This document shows, in pieces, positions 18,503-28,202 of a stretch of 64,000 nucleotides of DNA. The translations under genes and the position numbers were made by a program. How positions within the stretch are numbered: the first letter of the stretch is position 1; each line of letters starts with the position of its first letter. Source of the DNA: a virus (lineage: Duplodnaviria; Caudoviricetes); IMG/VR virus record IMGVR_UViG_2772190730_000001, positions 1 through 64,000 of that record; one strand, given 5' to 3'. The notes beneath the pieces are model-generated. The model did no database searches and was not told the DNA's origin. It worked only from the letters and a program-made list of their open reading frames with translations.

Positions 18503-19221
18503 TCAGCTCACGCGGGCTCTGATGGATCCCGGGCCCGGCTCAGGGGTGCCGCTGCTTTCGGGCTGGGCTCGGGACCACTCGTCGGCCTCGTGGGCAAGGA
18601 GCCGGAACGTGTTGTGCGGCAGGTCCCAGATGGATCCCGGCTGACCGGACCGGTGCGGGGTCACGCCCGGCCAGAGGTGGCAGATGATGGTCAGTCGCTC
18701 GTAGACCGCACTGGCGATGTCCGGGAACGGCCACCGCTCCGAGGCGTCACCTGAATGCCTGCCTTCTTCAGATCGGTCGTGGTCTTGGCGGGCTTTGAGC
18801 GCTTGGCGGCGGGCTTCTTCGTAGCGGCTGCCCGCGCGCGGCGGGCCTGCCGGTTTGGGGCCGGCGCCTCGACCTCGTCACCGGGCTCGGGCCGGAACTC
18901 CAGTCGGGACAGGCCGAACTTGCAGGCCTGCTCCAGGGTCAGGTCGGTCTCTCCGGCGTCGCGCCGGGCGAGCCACACCAGCACCGCGATAGCGATGATC
19001 ATCTCTTCGGTCATGTCGCCGAAGGAGACGTCGTCCCCCGCGGTCTGCACGTCGCTCAGCGCCTTGTCCAGGACTGACACGTCGTACCCGGTCTGACGTT
19101 TGATCGCGAGGATATCCATCAGCCCGATGTCGTCCAGGTCCGGCAGGGGGTAGGTGCGCTCCGGCTCGGCCAGAGTCTGGCGAGCCGGGTTGGCCTCACG
19201 GGCTTTGATGACGAGAAGCAT
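18503..19221 (-). CDS. Tail assembly chaperone gpGT-like fusion via -1 frameshift (about 239 aa)
   Basis: X XXY YYZ heptamer at 18859-18853; the -1 frame stays open to TGA at 18503 (...ERLTIICHLWPGVTP...IWDLP...). Confidence 0.75.
18691..19221 (-). CDS. Tail assembly chaperone (gpG-like)
   Basis: Lies between the tail tube region and the tape measure; contains the in-frame slippery heptamer C CCA AAC. Confidence 0.8.
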   Translation of the reverse strand: MLLVIKAREANPARQTLAEPERTYPLPDLDDIGLMDILAIKRQTGYDVSVLDKALSDVQTAGDDVSFGDMTEEMIIAIAVLVWLARRDAGETDLTLEQACKFGLSRLEFRPEPGDEVEAPAPNRQARRARAAATKKPAAKRSKPAKTTTDLKKAGIQVTPRSGGRSRTSPVRSTSD

Positions 19222-19236
19222 GGCGGTGCTCCCCTT

Positions 19237-19719
19237 TCAGTTGATGTTGGATCGGCTGAGGATCTTCCGGGCGACCGCGTCCATGGCCTCCTGCATCTCC
19301 CGGCTGGACCGGTCGACGGTCTTCTGCAGCCCCTTTTCCCAGAAGCCGGGTGGGACTGCCTGCGGGTACCAGTGGTGCCGGTTCCCGAACAGCATGTGCC
19401 GCAGGCGACCCCGGTTGATCGCCCGCAGGTCGGCTTTCTTCCCGTCACTGCGTTTCTTCGACGCGATGATCAGAACCCCCGGGTTGCGGCTCATCCGCTT
19501 CTTCGTGCGGAACGAGGACCGCGACACGTAAACGTTCAGGCCGCCCTTCTTCGGCAGGCTCTTACGTGCCTGCGCACGGATCTCCTTCACGGTGGGCCGG
19601 GTGGCCTTCGTGATGGCCTTGTTCAGCTCCCGCTTGAGGTCCCTGTTCGCAGCGCCCCGGAGTTGCTTTCCCAGGGCCCGGTATTGCTCGGCGCCCCGGA
19701 GTTCAACGAACGACGCCAC
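19237..19719 (-). CDS. HK97 gp10-like tail completion protein
   Basis: Basic protein with GRLRHMLFGNRHHW..Q...PGFWE motif. Confidence 0.7.
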   Translation of the reverse strand: MASFVELRGAEQYRALGKQLRGAANRDLKRELNKAITKATRPTVKEIRAQARKSLPKKGGLNVYVSRSSFRTKKRMSRNPGVLIIASKKRSDGKKADLRAINRGRLRHMLFGNRHHWYPQAVPPGFWEKGLQKTVDRSSREMQEAMDAVARKILSRSNIN

Positions 19720-19725
19720 CGGGGT

Positions 19726-20796
19726 CTACAGGGCGGTGTCGGCGGTCACCAGGGCGACGTAGAGTCCGACGCCGGAGGCGACGGTGCCGAGGATCTCGGC
19801 TTCGATTTCCATCATCGTCGGGCCGTCCGCGCTGGGCCCGGGCGGCGGACCGGAGTTCAGCATGGTGCCGGGCATGACCGCCTGGAACGTCGCGTAGGTC
19901 GTCCCGTTGATCAGCTCGGGTGAGACCAGGGTGAAGGTGAGCGGCGCGTACTTCTGCTGCAGATAAGCGTCCCGCAGAGCGATACCGCCGGAGCCCGTGA
20001 ACCGCATGTTCCCGGAGACCTGGGCGGAGCGCTTCACAGTGACGGCCCGGTTCCAGCCCCCGAGTCGCTGGTCCGCGTCGTCGCTGGACAGGCCGTTGTC
20101 AACCTTCAGGTTGAAGCTGGTCCACTGAGTGTCCGGGCTGCCGCCCGAGGCCAGCGCGGTGGTCGTCGGCAGGGTCACCGTCCCGCCGTACGTCACACCA
20201 CCCGAGACAGCGTCCCGGCCCATAAAGAGACTCGGTGACGTCAGGGACGGCGTGAAAACCTGCGCCGGGTAGAGGCTGTCGACAGCGGTCGCAGCGATGG
20301 TGGTGTCCATGTACCGGACGAGCCACTCGATCTGCAGCGTCGGCATCCCGTTACCCGGGACGTCCAACTCCCAGCTCTTCACCATCGCACCAGGGAACGT
20401 GTGCGGCCGCAGCGTGCCGCCATCATCCGCGATCAGGCACTGCAGCGTGTAGGACGGCATGAACGTGTCCGGCGTGATCAGCGAGAACAGCTGCTGCGAC
20501 ACCGGCGACGACCGAACCGTGTGCACGCCCGTACCCAGGCAGGCACGCCACAGGTGCCCGTCTCCCCGAGTCATGAGGGCCGTCTTGGTGGTCACCGTCC
20601 CGGTGCCGATGCCCTGCCGGCGGCGCTCGGCCAGGTTGGTGGTGGAACCCTTCCGGATGCCCTCACCCTGCTCGGGCATGGCGTCCCACGAGATCGACGA
20701 GTCGCCGTACCACTCGTAGGCGCGGATCGGTGTGACAGCGGTCGGCCAGGTCGTCTCCGGCGCGAGCGAGAAGGACGAGTCGAGAATGGTGGGCAT
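19726..20796 (-). CDS. Major tail (tube) protein
   Basis: Size, position and motifs (AxETTWxTAVTP, PSYTLQ, GAMVKSWEL). Confidence 0.8.
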   Translation of the reverse strand: MPTILDSSFSLAPETTWPTAVTPIRAYEWYGDSSISWDAMPEQGEGIRKGSTTNLAERRRQGIGTGTVTTKTALMTRGDGHLWRACLGTGVHTVRSSPVSQQLFSLITPDTFMPSYTLQCLIADDGGTLRPHTFPGAMVKSWELDVPGNGMPTLQIEWLVRYMDTTIAATAVDSLYPAQVFTPSLTSPSLFMGRDAVSGGVTYGGTVTLPTTTALASGGSPDTQWTSFNLKVDNGLSSDDADQRLGGWNRAVTVKRSAQVSGNMRFTGSGGIALRDAYLQQKYAPLTFTLVSPELINGTTYATFQAVMPGTMLNSGPPPGPSADGPTMMEIEAEILGTVASGVGLYVALVTADTAL

Positions 20797-20802
20797 GGTG
20801 GA

Positions 20803-21141
20803 TCAGTCCTCCGTCGCGGGGTTTTCGACCTGGGCCTCGGCCTTGGCCTGCGCCCTCGGGCGCTTGACCGGCGTCACCGGCTCCCAGTTGCCGGCCTGGG
20901 CGAGCAGCCCGGAACCCAGGTCCCAGACCTCCCGCACGTCGTCGTGGGTGCGAAGCTGCAGGTACGGCATCTCGCGTTCGCCCGGCTTCAGCGGCCGCCA
21001 GTAGCCGGGCTGGCCGGCCAGCCCTGCGGGGACCTCGATCGTGTCGCCAGGTCCGACGCCGCGGATATCGACCCCGTGCTCGGGGGAAACGACATCCGCC
21101 ATGGTGCTGCCGAGAGACCGGCGGATCTTCACGTTGCTCAC
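20803..21141 (-). CDS. Small virion-module hypothetical protein
   Basis: ORF with GGAGG RBS inside the head-tail module. Confidence 0.6.
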   Translation of the reverse strand: MSNVKIRRSLGSTMADVVSPEHGVDIRGVGPGDTIEVPAGLAGQPGYWRPLKPGEREMPYLQLRTHDDVREVWDLGSGLLAQAGNWEPVTPVKRPRAQAKAEAQVENPATED

Positions 21142-21205
21142 TCAGGCCTCCAGGCATGACGAAGAGCCCCAGCACCAGGACGGCGGGGGCGATAGGGGAT
21201 AGGGG

Positions 21206-21667
21206 TCAGGTGCTGGCGACGAAGACGGACACGGTCGCGGTCACGGCCGCGTACCGGCCCTTGGCCTGCAGCTCGTCATCGTCGGTCGACTCATCCAGCT
21301 CCATGCTCGACAGCCAGGCGTCGACATTCGCGCCCAGGCCGAGCGTCGGCCCGTCGGGCCCCGAGCGCAGGTGTTCCTCCAGCTGGCCGATCAGGGCGTA
21401 CGCCAGCTCGGTCACCCGCTGCTGCTCGTCCGGGCCCGGACTGAAAACGGACGCGATCACGGTGACCTGGTGCGTCTCGTCCCGCTGCCGGCGGGTGCGG
21501 CCCATCAGGCTCCGCGCGACCTCGGTGCTGATCCCGGTGACGGCCATCGCGACCGGCCGCAGCTGGGTGGCGCGGGCCCCGTACAGGATCTGCACCCCGT
21601 CGGGTGCTGTGAGGTCAGTGACGAGCTGCACGAGTGCGGCTTTCACGAGAGGCGCCGTCGCTGCCAT
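21206..21667 (-). CDS. Putative tail terminator
   Basis: Position after the adaptor; alpha/beta pattern. Confidence 0.55.
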   Translation of the reverse strand: MAATAPLVKAALVQLVTDLTAPDGVQILYGARATQLRPVAMAVTGISTEVARSLMGRTRRQRDETHQVTVIASVFSPGPDEQQRVTELAYALIGQLEEHLRSGPDGPTLGLGANVDAWLSSMELDESTDDDELQAKGRYAAVTATVSVFVAST

Positions 21668-22729
21668 CTACGCCACCCCCGGAGCCTTGTAGGACTGGTA
21701 GGCGTTCCACTCCACGGGGGTGAGCTGGCCGAGGGCGGACATCATCGCGGTGGCCGCGAAGTCCCCACCACCGCCACCACCGCCCCCGTCGAACGCCGGG
21801 TGAGGGGAGTTCTGGCTGGTCTGCCACATCCGCTGCACAGCGTTCAGCGCGACCTTCTGCAGGACGGCCGGGACCGGGTCCATGCCGGCCAGGTACTCGA
21901 CGGCGAAGCTGCCCCACACGCTGGCCGGCCACCCGGCCCGGGACCGGAGGATCCCGTACCGGTCGACCCGGTGGGAGTCGGCGACCACCGCGGTGCCACC
22001 GACGGAGACCAGCTCGAGCACGGGGGTCTGGGTGAGAAGCACCGCGGTGCTGCCCCCGGGCTCGACGTCCTCCCGGACGACCCGGCGAGCGATGATCCGG
22101 CCGATGTCCCGCTCGAGGCCCTCGCACGCGACCCGGCACAGCCAGCGCAGCTGCTCCCGGTCCTCGTGGGTCTGGATGATCCCAGCGGCCCGCAGGTGCG
22201 CGAGGGCCTGGCCGACCGAGATGAACGAGCCCTCGACCGCGACGACGGGGACAGCGTCCGCCCAGACCTGCCCGGCGCCCAGGACCCCGCCGGCGCCGAG
22301 CCAGGCCACAGTGTGTGTGCCGGCCCGCTCGGCCGTCCACGACGCCTGGAACACGCCCTGGCCCATCGCGGACACGTCGAGCGCAGTGGCCACTCCGGCG
22401 ACCGTCACCGAGCACACCACCGCGCCCACCTGGTCCGGCGTCGCCGGGGCCCCGGTGGAAGTGAGGACCTGCACGGCGACCGTGACGGTGTCGCCGACGT
22501 CGACCGGGCCGAGCGGCCATGTGTACATCTGCAGGACGCCGGTGGCGGCGGTGGGACCGCCCTCGATCGCAGCGAGCAGGGGTGACCCGAAGGTCTGCCG
22601 ACCGAAGACCACGAACCCGCCGAGCGGGCTGTCCGGGGCGCTCGGCACGCTCAGCTGTTCAGGGCCAGGGCCACCGAAGGTCTCGCTGCCGAAGACGAGC
22701 AGGCCGCCGAACGCGGTGGGCTCGGACAT
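21668..22729 (-). CDS. Head-tail adaptor with N-terminal repeat and Ig-like extension
   Basis: C-terminal gp15/gp6-like region (ISVGQALAHLR...ACEGLERDIGR); N-terminal GGxxVFGxxTFG repeated twice plus a beta domain. Confidence 0.7.
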   Translation of the reverse strand: MSEPTAFGGLLVFGSETFGGPGPEQLSVPSAPDSPLGGFVVFGRQTFGSPLLAAIEGGPTAATGVLQMYTWPLGPVDVGDTVTVAVQVLTSTGAPATPDQVGAVVCSVTVAGVATALDVSAMGQGVFQASWTAERAGTHTVAWLGAGGVLGAGQVWADAVPVVAVEGSFISVGQALAHLRAAGIIQTHEDREQLRWLCRVACEGLERDIGRIIARRVVREDVEPGGSTAVLLTQTPVLELVSVGGTAVVADSHRVDRYGILRSRAGWPASVWGSFAVEYLAGMDPVPAVLQKVALNAVQRMWQTSQNSPHPAFDGGGGGGGGDFAATAMMSALGQLTPVEWNAYQSYKAPGVA

Positions 22730-22768
22730 GTGCACCACCTCCATATCGAGGTAGGTGGTGCATACGAG

Positions 22769-23080
22769 TCAGGACTTGAAGTGCCGCATCGAGAGACTGA
22801 TCTTGTGTGTTCGCCCGGCGGAAGATGCATCAGGGGGTGACGTGTCCGCCAGCTTGGCGTCCGCGCTGATGGTGATCACCCGGGCAACAGCTGTGACTAT
22901 CGCTCCGATAGCGATCAGTACGAAGGTCCACGCGAGCAGATCCCACTGCGATTGCTTGCGCTCAACGATGAGGGCAAGAGTCGCTGCCACTACGGCCCAA
23001 CCAGCAGAGGTCAGGATGGAGCCCAGCGCCTCGAGCCAAGCCGCCAGCTTTTTGTAGTAAATCGCGTCGTCTCTCGCCAT
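22769..23080 (-). CDS. Two-TM moron protein
   Basis: Two hydrophobic helices; more AT-rich than neighbours. Confidence 0.55.
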   Translation of the reverse strand: MARDDAIYYKKLAAWLEALGSILTSAGWAVVAATLALIVERKQSQWDLLAWTFVLIAIGAIVTAVARVITISADAKLADTSPPDASSAGRTHKISLSMRHFKS

Positions 23081-23162
23081 AGCGTCTCTTCGGCGCGCTT
23101 AGTGGCGCTCTTGATCGTGGCTCAGGAGCTCCGTCGTAACCGCCCTTACGCCCCGCTCTTAA

Positions 23163-23585
23163 TCATCCCCGAAGGTCCCGGACCCAAACAGCGAACTCGC
23201 GCAGTGCAGGCGGCCAGACATCGGCTCCAGGCGGTTGGTCGGCGGGGTTGATCAGATTCAGCCTCTGCAGATAGCCCGTGGCATTGGGAGTCAACACCGC
23301 CGAATTCAGACAACCGAAGAGGATCGGCTCGGCGTCATCCGGTAAGCCTGCCCAGCCGATCGCCTCGTCCTGCCATCCGTGTTCGGTGACGGCGTTGAGA
23401 AACTCCTCGGCCGTTTCGGAGGGTTCAATCACGTCACCCGGGGCGAGAAGACCGGCGTGGACCTGCTTGGTTAAGGCCGATTCGGGCGTCGGCAGATCCC
23501 GGTTGCTCCACCAGGCCAGGACGTCCTCGCACTCGTGCGATTCGAGGCTCTTCCACCAGTGGAGCGCTGAGTCATCGCTGATCAT
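23163..23585 (-). CDS. Hypothetical moron protein
   Basis: ORF with probable ATG at 23585, divergent from the Wzy-like gene. Confidence 0.5.
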   Translation of the reverse strand: MISDDSALHWWKSLESHECEDVLAWWSNRDLPTPESALTKQVHAGLLAPGDVIEPSETAEEFLNAVTEHGWQDEAIGWAGLPDDAEPILFGCLNSAVLTPNATGYLQRLNLINPADQPPGADVWPPALREFAVWVRDLRG

Positions 23586-23738
23586 GAGGCGGGGATCGAC
23601 TGCTGGGGCGCCCAACTTGAGTCGTCCGAACGCCCCACAACCGGCCAGTAGCCAAACCGGTCGCCTCGACGAGCGGGCACCCTGGGTGGTTGCGGTCGCC
23701 CGGGCCGCTTCCACCGTTCACCCAGGGGGATCCCCGCC

Positions 23739-25226
23739 GTGACCACTCAGCGCATCGAGACCACACCTGCTACGACCCCACTCGACCTGCCAAAGTGGTC
23801 AGTCCTGCCGACGGCCGCGGTCGTGGTCATAGTGGCGGTCTGTCTTGTCCTGCGGGCGGCCACTGACGACCCGAGCATCCTCATCGTCGCCGCGGTGCTG
23901 GCTATCACCTACGTCCAGGTCCATCTACTCAAGAAGCGAACCGGGAAACTCGTGCACCCGGTCACGATCATTGTCTGTGGAGTCAACCTAGGCGGACTGG
24001 GCGGCTACTTCGTCTTCCCAGCGATCGCTGGCAGCGCCCAGGTATCAGCAGCCATCCCACACACTCCAGAGGTCTACAACGGCGCGGCCCGCATCTTCGT
24101 AGCCGCCTCCCTCGCGCTCTGGGCCGGCGGCATGATCACCGGCAGGCCCACGGAGGTCCGGAGGGTCGCTCCGACCTCCGCCGGGCGCGTCATGTCCACG
24201 ATCCCCGCATCCCGGGCCCTGCTGTTGGGGGCTCTACCGATTGCGCTGGCCGTGGTCGGCTACGGCCCTCACGGCCTGATCTCCAGGGGCCACTACCTTG
24301 CCTCGGTGGGTCCACGATTCACGGTCTCGGCGGCGTCCATGTTTGCCGTCGTGGGTGTCGCCATCCTGGCATTCGTCCTATGCGACGCGCGCCGGACGTT
24401 CGACGTCCGCCTGGCCGCCGGTGTGCTCCTGGCCATTCAGACCGTCGTGCTATTCGCCATCGGTACTCGCCAGCTCGCCCTCGTGCCCGCCCTCATTTTC
24501 TTCGCGTGGTCACAGACCGGGAAGCGGAAAGGGCTCCGCACCGTCGCCGCGATCACTGCGGGCATCGTGTGGTGGTGGATTCAGATCCCGCTCAACGTCC
24601 GCTCCACCTCCGACGGCGCCGGCCTCGCGCCGTTCCTGCACCGGCTACACGAGCACCCCGAACTCTGGTACCAGTCACACCCCGGACCGGTCCTCGGCAA
24701 CCTGCTGTTCGGTGTCCCCCTAACCGGCCAGATCGCCCTGCTGCGCGGAAACACCTTGCCCATGCACACGTTCGTCACGTCCATCAACCCGCTGCCGGGC
24801 ATGTTCACCGACTGGTCGACCGTCAACCAGAACCTCGGGCTGAACCAGTTCACTCCCTTCAACACGCTAGGCGAACTCGCTGGCTATGGGTGGGCCTATG
24901 TCATCGGCACCATGTTGGTCATCGGCCTCGTCCTGGGCTGGGCCCATCGCGCCAGCGCCCAGCTCACGCCGACCATGTCGACGATTGCCACGCTGGCGCT
25001 GACCGGCGCCAGCGCGATCTACACATGCGATCTACTGCAGTACAACCTGCGGTCTGGGCTCCGGATCGTCTGGTACGCCCTTGCCCTCGTAGTTGTCATG
25101 CGCCTTCTCAGCCCCCGCACCGGTTCAGGAGAGGGCGGGGAACGGACGGCTGAGGGCAAGGCCCTGCCTGTTCCGGAGGTGACGGTCACCGTGGCGACAC
25201 GAACCCGGCCAGCGCCTCACCGATGA
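23739..25226 (+). CDS. Polytopic membrane protein, Wzy/O-antigen-polymerase-like moron
   Basis: About 10-11 TM helices, GTR motif, large loop ending TPFNTLGELAGYG; antisense to the virion genes. Confidence 0.6.
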   Translation: MTTQRIETTPATTPLDLPKWSVLPTAAVVVIVAVCLVLRAATDDPSILIVAAVLAITYVQVHLLKKRTGKLVHPVTIIVCGVNLGGLGGYFVFPAIAGSAQVSAAIPHTPEVYNGAARIFVAASLALWAGGMITGRPTEVRRVAPTSAGRVMSTIPASRALLLGALPIALAVVGYGPHGLISRGHYLASVGPRFTVSAASMFAVVGVAILAFVLCDARRTFDVRLAAGVLLAIQTVVLFAIGTRQLALVPALIFFAWSQTGKRKGLRTVAAITAGIVWWWIQIPLNVRSTSDGAGLAPFLHRLHEHPELWYQSHPGPVLGNLLFGVPLTGQIALLRGNTLPMHTFVTSINPLPGMFTDWSTVNQNLGLNQFTPFNTLGELAGYGWAYVIGTMLVIGLVLGWAHRASAQLTPTMSTIATLALTGASAIYTCDLLQYNLRSGLRIVWYALALVVVMRLLSPRTGSGEGGERTAEGKALPVPEVTVTVATRTRPAPHR

Positions 25227-26328
25227 CCCCGTGCCCCTTGTCGGTGGGGTGCACCCGGTCGGTGGAGATCAGCCCGTAGGGGTCGCCCGCACCGGCAGAT
25301 CCGGGAGGGGACAGTCGTCGCGAGAAGTCCGCGACGGTGACCCCGCTGACGCCGCCCGGTCCGGCTGTGTCGGCGGCGGCGATGTCGTACATGGCCTTGA
25401 CGTAGTTCTGCCAGGGCTCTGCAGGTGAGGAAACGTCACCACGCTGATGCAGCGGCACCAGCACGATGGACGGCTTCGTCACCGTCACGCTCGTTCTGAT
25501 GGCCGCGATGCCAGCGAGGACATTGGTCTTGAACGTCGCTGACGAAATGCTGTTCTGGTAGTCATTCACCCCGATCGCGATGGTCACCAGATGCGGGTTG
25601 TACTGAGCCATGGCCGTCGCCCAGTAGTTCGTGCCGGTCGCGAAGTAGCCGGTAGAGGTGATGCCGTAGTGACCAGCCTCATTCATGTGGATCCCCTGGG
25701 CCTCGTCGCCGTTGTAGACGAAGATGCCCGTGAAGTAGACCGACGCGGCCGTGGAAGTGATGGCAACCGTGTGCGTCCCCGCGGTGAGAGCCCCGCTGTT
25801 CCAGACGTTGCCGTCCGTGAGGGTGGCCGCAGTATTGATGGTGGTCGCGGCGCCGCCGTCGATGGTGATAGAGAGGGTGCCCGTGCTGGGGGCTTTGACG
25901 TACCGGACATCCACGGATGTTCCGGTGATGGTGTAGGTGTACGTCTGCCCGACGGCAATGATGGCTGCTCGTCGCGTGCCGAATGACGAGTCCTTCCCGG
26001 GCGTTGTTCCCGTCAGCGCGGCCGGCTGCGGCGGAGTCGGGCCGTCGAAGTACGGGGCAAGGAACCCGACCCCGCCGCCCGCGCCGACCGTCGCTGATGG
26101 GAACCGCTGGCGGAGGGAGTCCCGGAAACGGGAAATGTACCGGGTATCACGGGTGGTGGAACCCGTCCCCTCGGTAATGCTGTCGCCGATCGACCATATG
26201 CGGGCCGGGGCGTTGTTCCGGTTGGCAAGTGCAGCAAACCACCCTTGGAGCGCCAAGGCTTGCGCGGAGGCCAGGCGGTCGGCGTTGGCGGTTGAGATCC
26301 CGAAGGGCGGGGCGTCGAGGATTCCCAT
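25186..26328 (-). CDS. SGNH/GDSL hydrolase (esterase) virion-module protein
   Basis: GDSITEG (block I), GVND (block III), DRVHP (block V). Confidence 0.85.
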   Translation of the reverse strand: MGILDAPPFGISTANADRLASAQALALQGWFAALANRNNAPARIWSIGDSITEGTGSTTRDTRYISRFRDSLRQRFPSATVGAGGGVGFLAPYFDGPTPPQPAALTGTTPGKDSSFGTRRAAIIAVGQTYTYTITGTSVDVRYVKAPSTGTLSITIDGGAATTINTAATLTDGNVWNSGALTAGTHTVAITSTAASVYFTGIFVYNGDEAQGIHMNEAGHYGITSTGYFATGTNYWATAMAQYNPHLVTIAIGVNDYQNSISSATFKTNVLAGIAAIRTSVTVTKPSIVLVPLHQRGDVSSPAEPWQNYVKAMYDIAAADTAGPGGVSGVTVADFSRRLSPPGSAGAGDPYGLISTDRVHPTDKGHGVIGEALAGFVSPR

Positions 26329-26330
26329 AT

Positions 26331-28202
26331 TCAGCTCACCGTATTCATAGGTCGGTTGGTGACGGCCCCTGTTGTGGGGTCGCGAGTTAGTGCGGGCTGG
26401 GCGACGGTCCGGGTCGTGGCGCCCAGGTAGGTGATCGTGTAGGAGTCCACGGCCCCCGGGAACGACGCCGATGGGGTGCCCGTGTAAACCCCGGCGATCC
26501 CGTCCGGCCAGAGGACCGGGGCCGACGTGGCCGCCCCATTGGCGTTACGGGTGATCGCCCCGGAGATCAGAGCGTCGGGGCTGGCTCCGTAGAAGGCGAG
26601 CCACACGTCCGTGCCTGGCCCGTCCGGGCGGACTAGGCCGTCAGCTGCCGCGGTGTCCCCTGCGACGGCCGGGTCTGCCCAGTACTCCGCTTCCAGCGCC
26701 AGGTAAGCGCCTGTTGGCACGGTGGCGTCGGTGGTGATCACGGCGCGCTTGCCGGTGTCTGCGGACGCGTTGTATCCAGGCCCGAAGCCGGCGCCCTGCG
26801 TTAGGTCTACCGAAACTCCGGCTACCAGTTGGCTGGACTGGGAATTCGTCAGGGTCGACGTTGCCCCGAGGTACAACGTGGAGATTCCCGTTGTGCTGGA
26901 TGCGGTCGCCTTGACTTTCCTGAGTTGTCCAGATGGCATGGCGATCGCTACACCCTGCATGCTGGGCCGCAGAGGAATGATGCGCTTCCAGGTTCTGATG
27001 TCGGTGAAGAGGATGCCGTCCACATAAAGCCGTCGACTGATCATTGACGGGTTCATGATGGGGCGAGTGGCGGTGTAAAAGTAGGCGTCTGTGATTCTCA
27101 GATCGGTTCCCGACGTACCACCATTGTCGGACAGATAAGAACCATTTCCCATTACATGTAGCGATCTAACATCGATCCGCGAATTGCCAAGGACCCCGAT
27201 GACGGCAGTTGCGATGGAACGCCCAGGGAAAGTGTTCTTGAAAACAACCTTGTCGACCTCGACGCTTTCGCAGCGCCCCTCAGCAACGATGAGGGACCTC
27301 TCGACGTTCTCTGCCTGGATGAGGCCCACGCGAACGCCTCGGCATTCGGAAACGCCGAACACCCTTCCCTTGGCCGGGTGTCCGTTCTGCGCGATGGCCG
27401 ATGTCGCCTTGATCGCGTCGATCGTCATGGACTCGACGAACTGGCCGCCCACAACCGCCGCCCCGCAGTCGGAGCCGACGATGGTGCCGACCTTCACGTT
27501 GTGGGCGTAGGCAATCGACACGCCCGATTCAGCGTTCGACCCCGAGGTGAGGGGGTTGATCAGATTCCACGTCCCAGCAATCTCTACGTCGCTGACGAGC
27601 ACCGGGATGGGGGCAATGGAACGCTGCCCGACGGAGGGGATCGCGGCTACCGACATCGCGTATCCAACAGGCCGGTCCAGGGTGACGTGTGTGCTGTCGG
27701 GGATTGCCTGGACCTTCGCCCACAGCCAGAAGTCGGGCTCAGCCGCGTCGTACGCGGCCTGCCCCAAGCGCACGAACGCCCATTGACCGACTGTGAACGA
27801 CGACGAGTCGACGACCATGAGCGTCGTGTCGGTCGGAACCGTGTCGGCTGTGATCGTGACCCTGGTCCCGGTGACACTTCGAACGCCGATGAAGGCAGCG
27901 TTCGACGCCATGATCAGCGTTGCCCCATCCGAGCGCAGGGTGATGTTCGGCTGAGAGATACGGATACTGCCGCCCTGGTCATTGGTGGCATACCGGGAGA
28001 GCGTCCAGGGCCCGTCCTGGGCCTTGACCCGCACCTCACGGCAGCCGACCTCGACGGCCCGCGCAATGGCCGCGTTGATCTCCACCTGCGTCCGGCCCGG
28101 ACCGAAGTCAGCTGCGTCGATGAACGAGGGTCGGTTCGCTGCCGTGGCCCTGCTGCCGTCCGGGTACTTGGCCGGGATCGCCGGTACGTCGAGCAGGCCC
28201 AT
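26331..28202 (-). CDS. Fibre/spike protein with beta-helix-like core and C-terminal WPDG module
   Basis: TGATG coupling; EINAAIARA cap; AT-richer central domain. Confidence 0.7.
   Translation of the reverse strand: MGLLDVPAIPAKYPDGSRATAANRPSFIDAADFGPGRTQVEINAAIARAVEVGCREVRVKAQDGPWTLSRYATNDQGGSIRISQPNITLRSDGATLIMASNAAFIGVRSVTGTRVTITADTVPTDTTLMVVDSSSFTVGQWAFVRLGQAAYDAAEPDFWLWAKVQAIPDSTHVTLDRPVGYAMSVAAIPSVGQRSIAPIPVLVSDVEIAGTWNLINPLTSGSNAESGVSIAYAHNVKVGTIVGSDCGAAVVGGQFVESMTIDAIKATSAIAQNGHPAKGRVFGVSECRGVRVGLIQAENVERSLIVAEGRCESVEVDKVVFKNTFPGRSIATAVIGVLGNSRIDVRSLHVMGNGSYLSDNGGTSGTDLRITDAYFYTATRPIMNPSMISRRLYVDGILFTDIRTWKRIIPLRPSMQGVAIAMPSGQLRKVKATASSTTGISTLYLGATSTLTNSQSSQLVAGVSVDLTQGAGFGPGYNASADTGKRAVITTDATVPTGAYLALEAEYWADPAVAGDTAAADGLVRPDGPGTDVWLAFYGASPDALISGAITRNANGAATSAPVLWPDGIAGVYTGTPSASFPGAVDSYTITYLGATTRTVAQPALTRDPTTGAVTNRPMNTVS

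Noticed and set aside
15111-18644. 1177-aa plus-strand ORF
   Set aside because: Antisense shadow of the tape measure; a GC-rich artefact with Arg/Gly-rich composition and no motifs.
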